From the NCBI GenBank assembly GCA_048128005.1, contig JBEUKZ010000071.1, positions 620,001 to 645,624 of the forward strand: a stretch of DNA of 25,624 nt. Reading direction: 5' to 3'. A program made the translations under genes and the position numbers. Shown here piece by piece: positions 17,049 to 25,624 of the stretch (within the stretch, counting starts at the first letter, position 1; the number at the start of each line of letters is the position of its first letter). Origin of the DNA: Veleropilina oligotropha. Its lineage: Eukaryota. The notes beneath the pieces were generated by a model. The model had not been told where the DNA came from. It did not search any database and saw nothing but the letters and a program-made list of their open reading frames with translations.

Positions 17049-18667
17049 ACAGACTAACATGTAACCAACTCATTTATTCTCTTTAGCTACCTGAAACATA
17101 AACAGACTAACATGTAACCAACTCATTTATTCTCTTTAGCTACCTGAAACATAAACAGACTAACATGTAACCAACTCATTTATTCTCTTTAGCTACCTGA
17201 AACATAAACAGTCTAACATGTAACCAACTCATTTATTCTCTTTAGCTACCTGAAACATAAACAGTCTAACATGTAACCAACTCATTTATTCTCTTTAGCT
17301 ACCTGAAACATAAACAGACTAACATGTAACCAACTCATTTATTCTCTGTAGCTACCTGAAACATAAACAGACTAACATGTAACCAACTCATTTATTCTCT
17401 TTAGCTACCTGAAACATAAACAGACTAACATGTAACCAACTCATTTATTCTCTTTAGCTACCTGAAACATAAACAGTCTAACATGTAACCAACTCATTTA
17501 TTCTCTTTAGCTACCTGAAACATAAACAGACTAACATGTAACCAACTCCTTTATTCTCTTTAGCTACCTGAATCATAAACAGACTAACATGTAACCAACT
17601 CATTTATTCTCTGTAGCTACCTGAAACATAAACAGACTAACATGTAACCAACTCATTTATTCTCTTTAGCTACCTGAAACATAAACAGACTAACATGTAA
17701 CCAACTCATTTATTCTCTGTAGCTACCTGAAACATAAACAGACTAACATGTAACCAACTCATTTATTCTCTGTAGCTACCTGAAACATAAACAGACTAAC
17801 ATGTAACCAACTCATTTATTCTCTTTAGCTACCTGAAACATAAACAGACTAACATGTAACCAACTCATTTATTCTCTGTAGCTACCTGAAACATAAACAG
17901 ACTAACATGTAACCAACTCATTTATTCTCTTTAGCTACCTGAAACATAAACAGACTAACATGTAACCAACTCATTTATTTTCTTTAGCTACCTGAAACAT
18001 AAACAGACTAACATGTAACCAACTCATTTATTTTCTTTAGCTACCTGAAACATAAACAGACTAGCATGTAACCAACTCATTTATTCTCTTTAGCTACCTG
18101 AAACATAAACAGACTAACATGAACCAACTCATTTATTCTCTTTAGCTACCTGAAACATAAACAGACTAACATGTATCCAACTCATTTATTCTCTTTAGCT
18201 ACCTGAAACATAAACAGACTAACATGTAACCAACTCATTTATTCTCTTTAGCTACCTGAAACATAAACAGACTAACATGTAACCAACTCATTTATTCTCT
18301 TTAGCTACCTGAAACATAAACAGACTAACATGTAACCAACTCATTTATTCTCTTTAGCTACCTGAAACATAAACAGACTAACATGTAACCAACTCATTTA
18401 TTCTCTTTAGCTACCTGAAACATAAACAGTCTAACATGTAACCAACTCATTTATTCTCTGTAGCTACCTGAAACATAAACAGACTAACATGTAACCAACT
18501 CATTTATTCTCTTTAGCTACCTGAAACATAAACCGACTAACATGTAACCAACTCATTTATTCTCTTTAGCTACCTGAAACATAAACAGACTAACATGTAA
18601 CCAACTCATTTATTCTCTTTAGCTACCTGAAACATAAACAGACTAACATGTAACCAACTCATTTATT
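17049..18667. repeat. 53-bp tandem array, block 3 (about 30.5 units)
   Basis: Same unit, with starts from 17079 to 18615 and one 1-nt deletion near 18121. Resumes in exact phase after DIRS element 2. Confidence 0.98.
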
Positions 18668-19031
18668 TGACTATCCTTCAAAGGAGACTTTAAACCGAGG
18701 TTCAGAATACACTGCAAAACGCTAAATCGCATCACATTTTTTATTTGCTTGCAATATTGAGACTAATGATATTGATTTTTTCATATTACCATTTTCGTGC
18801 AAATTGTTTCAAATTATGTAATTCAAAATTCAATTGTAGTCCATGTACAGTGTACCTGTATTTAATGCTACTGAAGTCATGTTTTCACCATATGCCATTT
18901 ATTCACAATGAGTTTGAAGTACTGTATATTCCTTGACAAGAATCCCTGTTACTGGTGCTAAAAGCTATAAAGTTGTGGTAATCACATAGTTGTGTTTTAG
19001 TTGAGGTAGGGCACATGCAAGATTTTGATAC

Positions 19032-19115
19032 CTGAGACTTGGATTTGCCAACGTGTTCTTTCCGGAACAGGAACTGCCTGTTGAGATTGCTCACATCAAT
19101 CGTATCCAAATCAAT
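19032..19115 (-). CDS. UBA2: UBA2 coding exon 2 (84 nt)
   Basis: Acceptor ttcAG|ATT, translation [28 protein letters not shown] (E1 SNLNRQFLF motif), donor CAG|GTATCA. In frame with exon 1. Confidence 0.94.
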
Positions 19116-19866
19116 CTGAATCGAGAATCAAATAAATTGAAACCCTTTAAATAAAAAGTAAATGAATAAAATATAAACTGACAACACAGCATGATTGCTT
19201 AACAGGAAAAGGATTATAGGAAGTTTTTCACACATTGAACATCATTATACATGTATATTCAAATAAAATATACAAATTTCCTGAAACAGATCAGGATGTG
19301 CTTCAAATTGGGATATATTGTAATAAAAAACACGTCAAAAATAAAGGTCGCAGTTTTATTCCATGGCATTTAGAAATGCTAACAAATTAATTAACCCTTG
19401 AGCAAAAACAGGCCAAAACAGGCTGCAAAACCAGAGGTTCTACTCCTCAAACAGTCGCATCAGGACAACATTTCCGAAGTTATTATCATATCATACATAC
19501 AGTTGTAATATCAAGTTAATTGCGAGAATTTGTATAAAACCAATCTGTTGCTATTAATAGATAGAATCATAGAACATAATGATATAAGCCAATTGGTAAT
19601 GTAAATGTTAAAGAATAAATAGTGCAAACTATATGCTTTTTGCCCGTGACAGCTATTAAATATAGGAATACCAGACCTCGCCCAATAGACCGTCCGCCCT
19701 ATTGACTGTCTTTGAAATATAAGTGTGCGAGACCTTCACTTTAGGTGAAAATGATAATCATGTTGTTAAATGTGTAGTTATATAATTTCACAAAATAGTA
19801 CACTTATTATGACTGTCATGCACTTTTGCTTTTTGGAATCACGGAGTAGAAATTGTGGCGCACTTT

Positions 19867-20083
19867 CATGTGCAAAGAAGTGATAGCTGGATCAACAAAG
19901 CCACGTGTCATGATGTTGTGGGCAGTGATGTCAACATAGAAGACCGGAAGTTGTGGAAGATGACCACGACCAATGCCACTGACAGGACTAGTTGGAGAAG
20001 TGGACTGAGAGCCGGGATGGCGAAACGTGCGACCCACGTCTGACGTGGAAACGTCACGCAAAACGAATGATGATGATGATGAT
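19867..20083 (+). mobile_element. 5'-truncated RTE-like LINE 3' end
   Basis: Peptide HVQRSDSWINKA...V.G...ATDRTSWR resembles RTE-clade C-termini. A short 3' UTR ends in (TGA)n. Confidence 0.65.
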
Positions 20084-20180
20084 TTCAGTAGTTTCCTATA
20101 TTTAACACTTTACGAGCATTTTTAAATCACCATCTGAATTTTTTACTGACTTCAAATTTTAAACGATTAGTGAAACTGTT

Positions 20181-21662
20181 TACTGTTACACTGATTCTAA
20201 TGACCATAGAATATATGCTCATGCAACCTTACACGTACAGCCCATACATAGGTTGCAGACACGTGACCAAAACCACGTGATCACTGAGTCGTCCGCCATC
20301 GCGGAAGGCAAACACTCTTAGCAGTCAATCAAATGAATACTGGTCAATACTAAAATATCTGTAGAAATCAATAAAATATTCATGTCATAAGCTACTGTTA
20401 CTGACTTTAATTAATTAGTTCCTACATTTGATGCATATCATTACATAAATTGTCAATAAATTATCGTATGTAATTACTAAACTTAGTAAGCCTATTATAC
20501 TTATAGTACGTACTTTTTGTCTTTTTACGGATTAATTGAATGTTTCCCCGACTTGAAAGCCAAAGTGCGCATGCATCGCACGTCGTTCTTTAGCACCCCG
20601 CTAGCACCCCGCTGCAGTGCTAATTGTTATTTTCAATGGTTATTGTCCTGTTGATAATCCAATTGAGACCACAGGATGTCATTGCCAAGCTGATAAATAG
20701 GTAACATTTTATTTGTGCGGCAGACATCGTACCCATTGTTTCTTGTAAACACATCTAGGCTACAAAACCATTTGACTGAAATAACCAGCTTGCGCAATTT
20801 GAACATTCCGCAATAAAATATAGTTCTTGATCTAATGTCTGTCTTTCAAAGTTTATAAAATTAAAAAAAAAATTTGCTTACACTTCCAATGGTAAAACAA
20901 TCAAGCTTTTATTTTTATTTTATTTTTTTGAAAAAGACTACTAAGCTTATCGTGTCGCACATGTTTGGAAAATCCACAGCTGTATCACTGCGCGTATGTG
21001 TTTGTTCTCTAGCAGTCGCCATATGTGCACAGACCCAAGGCATGTACGAAATAAATTATAAGCTCGAATTTTATATTAAATATATAAATACCGAAATACA
21101 CTCGGAATGCGAAAATTGCTTTCACTTTACAATGGACAACATTTCCGATCAAAGGGACTAACGTAGGCACATACTTTTACGTTTTAAAACAATATGAATC
21201 AATGTATCAAACTTTGATGGCGGTCTGATTTTATTTCAATTCGATGGATGTTCAATGCTATTGTTACCGTCGACAGTTGAATAACGAACACAAAAGGTAT
21301 TTATAAGGCTAATTGTAAGATTATAATGAAATTTTAGCTATGGCTAGGCTTAATTAATAGCCTCAAAATTGGACCAGTTATTTAATTTAAATGAAGAAGG
21401 CTCTGCTGTTGTTGTATGAACTAAACCAAATCGAATCTAAACGACACTATATATTTAATATATTGAAAGCACCGTCAAAACGCTTCCGTGAATTTCTATC
21501 TTTATCATTTATTTTCACATAATTGAATCGATTTATACTGTAATCTTATATCCCTCGTGTTATTCCTTGCCTTGCGTAATGGCGCCGCGCACAGAATTAT
21601 GGGACTGTGTGACGTCATCTGCAACCTATGTATATATGGGCATTCGTGTCAGTGTAACAGTA
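20181..21662. mobile_element. Non-autonomous TIR element, about 1.5 kb, family unassigned
   Basis: ttactgttacactga (20180-20194) pairs with tcagtgtaacagtaa (21649-21663). An inner pair is atacataggttgcaga / tctgcaacctatgtat. No coding capacity seen. Confidence 0.55.
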
Positions 21663-21728
21663 AGCATGGTTCAGATGAAACATTGCACATAAAAACACAG
21701 AGAACTACCGAAAGGCATCAAAATTGAT

Positions 21729-22154
21729 CAGGGTTGCCACTCTTATAAGATTTCAAAATTCCCTGACTTTTCCCTGACTCAGCTTCAGTTTTCCCTGACC
21801 TGCGTGCAGGCGCGGATCCAGAAATTTTGCTTCAGGGGGCGCTGAATTTACTATCAACTGTTTGCGTGGGGGCGGGGCCCCACGCGAAAGAAAATTTTGA
21901 GAATCAACAGCCTGAAACCCCCTCTCCTGCACTCTGACAGGGCAAAAGCGATATTTCATTCTAACTTTTTATGAACCACCGTCACTCAAATAGCACGAGT
22001 CAAATTTATATTTTGTGCATAAGGAAAATGCCAATTTTCCCTGACCATTCCTGAATTTCCCTGACTTTTCACAGAATTCCAAATTTCCCTGACCAATTCC
22101 AAAATTCCCTGACTTTTCCCTGACCTTGAATTTCCCTGACCAGTGGCAACCCTG
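21729..22154. mobile_element. MITE (426 bp) with 13-bp TIRs and 5-bp TSD
   Basis: CAGGGTTGCCACT ... AGTGGCAACCCTG, flanked by TTGAT at 21724-21728 and 22155-22159, with many internal ttccctgac repeats. Confidence 0.85.
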
Positions 22155-22488
22155 TTGATGTTCTACATTTATCCCAATAAAAATATATTGACCATGATAT
22201 TGGCAAATAATCGACTTGTTGTTCAGGGTATGAATGGATCCAACTTCCAAGATGACCCAAAATAACAAATTAATGGCCTTTGCATCTTTTGTATTTACTA
22301 GAGGGCTTACATTGAGATAAACAACCATTAATACTACACTATTACAGCATTCCATTAGATTTGCAAGCGTCATAACTTATTTATTTTACACAAGTGGTAT
22401 TGTTTGCTGCAGCAAAAATTTCGTGAATTGTCTCCCTTGGCACACGATATATAACGCTCGATTTACATGCATGTTTCTCTTGCATTAC

Positions 22489-22632
22489 CACTTCAATGTC
22501 CTTAAAGCCAGTTAGAACAATATTCTTCAGCAGTTCGCATCCAATTCCACCAGCGCCTACAACTAATACTTTACTAGAAGCGACTTTATCTCTGACATTC
22601 GCTTCTAGAACTCCTTCGATGGAGGCAGCCAT
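22489..22632 (-). CDS. UBA2: SUMO-activating enzyme subunit 2, coding exon 1 (48 codons)
   Basis: Translates [48 protein letters not shown], with the E1 nucleotide-binding motif [16 protein letters not shown] typical of UBA2. Ends at a phase-0 donor GTG|GTAATG. Confidence 0.93.
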
Positions 22633-23239
22633 ATTTGCTACACTATAGTGTGTTTCATATTATCTGTAGAAATTTGATGTTCACAAAAAATTCATCATAA
22701 CATTATTACTCAGATACTGACCGAAAACGCGGAATCAGAAATGATGACACTTAGATGTGACAGATTGTTTCATTGATCTGAGACATATGATTCAATTATT
22801 ATGATTTATGCACGCTTCTTACTGGTGAAGAGTGATTATTTAGTCGTTACATTTTAAAGCTGTGCTGTAGAACCTGTGGTGCCCATCATCATCATCATCA
22901 TCATATGTATACGGGCTGTTAGATTTTTCTATTTGTCTTATTTATTCACGTTTTAGATACTAAGAATTCAATTTATTGATATAAAAATGACTTTTTGATA
23001 TCTAAAACTCTAATTTTTATATCAATATAAATTAATGAATTCTTGGTATCTGGAATTTGAAGACAATCATATATTCCAAATGATTCCAGACGCCCAACGA
23101 CCATGCGGTAGCGATATTTGAAGTGTTTCTGGCTTTGCCACCTTGTATTACCGTGGATACTCAATAATTTACAGAAATTCGGTATTACAGGCAACATTGT
23201 CAAATCAATCCACAATTGTCAAGGCGTCTGATTTAAAAA

Positions 23240-23552
23240 TAATAATAATAATTTGGAGATTTAATTATATCGCGTTGTATCCCATATATGCTCGCAGACT
23301 TTGTGACTACTTATTTTCCCTGTTTTTTATCAGCCTGTTCTGATCATGAATCCATCTCCACTCTCTGTGGGGTATTACAGTAAAGCTGCCACTAACGAGC
23401 ACCAATCATGGTACCCACCTAAGCCGGCTGTGTGAACCTAGGCCCATATATGCGTATTCTTATTCCATGCTCAAGGGAATTCACGCGACGGGGATTGAAC
23501 CGAAACCTCTCGTTGAGAGGCTCATGCTCTGGCACTGAACAATTAACGGCGG
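23240..23552 (-). mobile_element. Degenerate tRNA-derived SINE
   Basis: On the minus strand: B-box GGTTCAATCCC (23501-23491), central TCCCTTGAGCA...TTCACACAGC...TGGGTACC resembling invertebrate SINE core domains, and a (TAT)n tail. Confidence 0.55.
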
Positions 23553-23810
23553 CACATGCGTTGGAAACATATTGATGACAATTAAGGTTGCAAATAATTT
23601 TCATACTAGTCCATCACAACAACAACAACATGAAGTATCCCCAATACCAGCGACACCTCCATCTGTTTCTAACGTAGTGTCCAATGCTCCACACATGAAG
23701 ACCAATGAACGAACAACGACGATCGTCATCCAGGACTTCGAACACCTATAGAAGAGGGAATGTCCCTCCAGACTCTCAATACTTTCACACACCAATCGCA
23801 CGAATCAGAG

Positions 23811-25140
23811 GGTCTTCGGTAGAAAGGAGAATCGGTCTCATGCTTTTTGGTTTCAAAGATGAAAATGGATTCATGTCTTGAAGATTAGCTGCTACCATCC
23901 ACTGATTAAGGAAGCCTTATCTTTGAAAATGTCTTTTTGTTGGAAAAACGATACTGAGACGACAAAGGGTATTACGAAACACAAACCGACTGTTTATCAC
24001 AAGATGACTTAATCTATGGTGACAAAACCCTAACAACAGAAGATTTGCAGAGCGATTGTTATCCTGTATGTAGCGAACAAAATGATGGTAATTTGTTGAA
24101 AACCTTGTCAAGTGTTCGCTTTCTTGCCTGACAAGGTTTGACTCTTCGTTTGCAAGACGACCATGTGGTCCACAAGTAGATTGAGCGCCAGTTCAACGTA
24201 AATACGTCTTGCATTATTGTGATACGAAAAGACACTTTGAAGATCACGGTTCTGCATATCGTCAGAAGTATTGCAACAAATATCCGTAATTATATCTTAC
24301 TAGCTGAATTGAGCTCCCGAAGGGAGCTCTAATTCAGCGTCGGTCCCAATTGGAGGGGCTTCGCCCCTCATATTAATTGACAATTGCGGCAACTACAAAT
24401 TGCATACAATTTGCAAAATTTATATTTTTCGCTTAAAATTAAAAATAAATAAAAAATTGATTTTTTTTTCTTCAAAACTGGAATTGTTTTTGCGGCCAAG
24501 ACCATCCCCTGGGTACCCTTAGTTCAGACTCTACTCTTTTATATATAGAGATTTACATCATAGTATTTGATTCGATTTGATTCAGTTTAGTTTTTCTACC
24601 TCATTTTAACAATTTTTCAGCAACGTCTGTAGTCGGGGCCATGGTTTACCGCCTCTATCCGATACGCGGATACTGTATGCAATGAAGATATCGTATATAC
24701 CTGTGACAAATTCTCGGCACACGTGCGAATCAGATAAGTGAAGATACCATATATATGACAGTGAACAAGTTGTTATTTGCTTGCGCTGGGTAGACGATAA
24801 TTTGTTTTTTCAGGGATGCACACAGGTAGCCACATTAGATGCTTCAATATTTAGGAGCGTACTTATAAACGTATTAATGTGGACGAATCTGTCGATACAG
24901 AAGTATATATATAGAAGACAGTGATATGGTGGATGCCGCACAATATTGCAGAAAACATTGGACTGGTTCTTAGGCCTACCATCAATATCGCGCCCATGAA
25001 ATATTATAGCTTAATTTATGTGCATTTAAGAAGTTACATCCTGAAAATTGCAATAAATTTACTTGGTATGTATATCAGATAAATACAGACACCCTACCTG
25101 ATATACACATAACGCCCATTATCATATCAGCTCATGTCGC
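23811..25140 (+). pseudogene. Decayed hAT-type (ZMYM1-like/DUF4371) transposase, interrupted by the Helitron; boundaries approximate
   Basis: FGRKENRSHAFWFQR*KWIHV from 23815 (TTF-finger-like), EQVVICLRWVDDNL at 24763-24804, then LINVLMWTNLSIQK..RRQ*YGG resembling RGQCYDGA. Many stops and frameshifts. Confidence 0.65.
24300..24551 (-). mobile_element. Short non-autonomous Helitron (252 bp)
   Basis: The minus strand starts A|TCTCTATATATAAAAG and ends with a long hairpin (24303-24338) and CTAG|T. Inserted between A and T with no TSD. Confidence 0.8.
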
Positions 25141-25406
25141 AGTGTATTATATAACACATAAATACAATAAAGAAATCTTCATCTATATAATGAATACGAA
25201 GCCAATATGGAACACGTTACATGGAGCTCATATATGCTTTTTGTGATATCTATACCTTTGTGATGTTGGACGATTCCGGCCCAGCCACTCTTTCTTCTTT
25301 GATTCTATACTGATCCTAAAGCTCATGGCGTGATATGCATGTATGTATCATATACATTTATAATCTCTCCATGAAAAATCACCTTACAGATTATTAGTAT
25401 ACTATT

Positions 25407-25458
25407 CAGGCGCGGATCCAGGAATTTTGCTTAGGGGGGGCGCTGAATTTACTATCAA
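25407..25458 (+). repeat. Dispersed repeat end shared with 21807-21857
   Basis: caggcgcggatccag(g/a)aattttgctt..gggggcgctgaatttactatcaa is present twice. Probably the terminus of a second MITE family, with one copy inside the 21729-22154 element. Confidence 0.75.
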
Positions 25459-25624
25459 ATGATATAGATTTTTTAAGACTTTTGATATGTCATACTTATT
25501 GGTTTCATCTATAGAAAAATCAAGAAATAAATAAATTTATCTGGGTGGGGGGCTCTAGTATCTTTGGGCACCCTTAATAATTCAAGAAATCTATACATTG
25601 CTATGACAGTATCGCACAAATCCT

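Larger units (their letters stand above)
507..19031 (-). other. UBA2 intron 2, 18,525 nt, containing the 53-bp array and two DIRS elements
   Basis: GT at 19031-19030 and AG at 508-507 join exons 2 and 3 in frame. Removing both elements and 62 extra repeat units leaves about 405 nt. Confidence 0.88.

Noticed and set aside
494..18667. CRISPR-like array with large inserts
   Set aside because: The units are head-to-tail with no unique spacers, there are no cas genes, and the context is a eukaryotic intron.
18903..19031. Extension of the UBA2 exon-2 ORF (VSKSCMC...), and likewise 22381-22488 after exon 1
   Set aside because: UBA2 similarity stops at canonical GT donors, so these are intronic read-through of the ORF track.
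24303..24338. Strong hairpin as a terminator or ncRNA
   Set aside because: It is explained as the Helitron 3' hairpin next to CTAG.

Overview
Eukaryotic genomic DNA, probably from an invertebrate animal (inferred from gene structure and repeat types). The window holds the first three coding exons of UBA2/SAE2 (SUMO-activating enzyme subunit 2) on the minus strand: 22489-22632, 19032-19115 and 436-506. Intron 2 (507-19031, 18.5 kb) reduces to about 405 nt once two kinds of insertion are removed. The first is a 53-bp tandem array of about 63 copies made from the intron 2/exon 3 boundary itself, so each copy carries a 3' splice site directly followed by GT (tttcAG|GTAGCT), plus AATAAA and an in-frame stop. 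The second is a pair of full-length, divergent DIRS1-type tyrosine-recombinase retrotransposons (1164-8599 and 9650-17048). Both lie in the host's sense orientation and are inserted 10 bp apart within the repeat unit. Comparing the two elements shows a conserved CCC-TAG-G site at the end of gag that could feed both downstream frames, a matched versus a mismatched 3-nt crossover core, and covarying non-coding structures in the 5' and 3' UTRs. The 3' structure appears to fold on the antisense strand. The region 19.1-25.6 kb also contains ordinary small transposon relics: an RTE-like LINE tail, two TIR elements, a SINE, a Helitron and a decayed hAT transposase. All alignments and foldings were done by eye.
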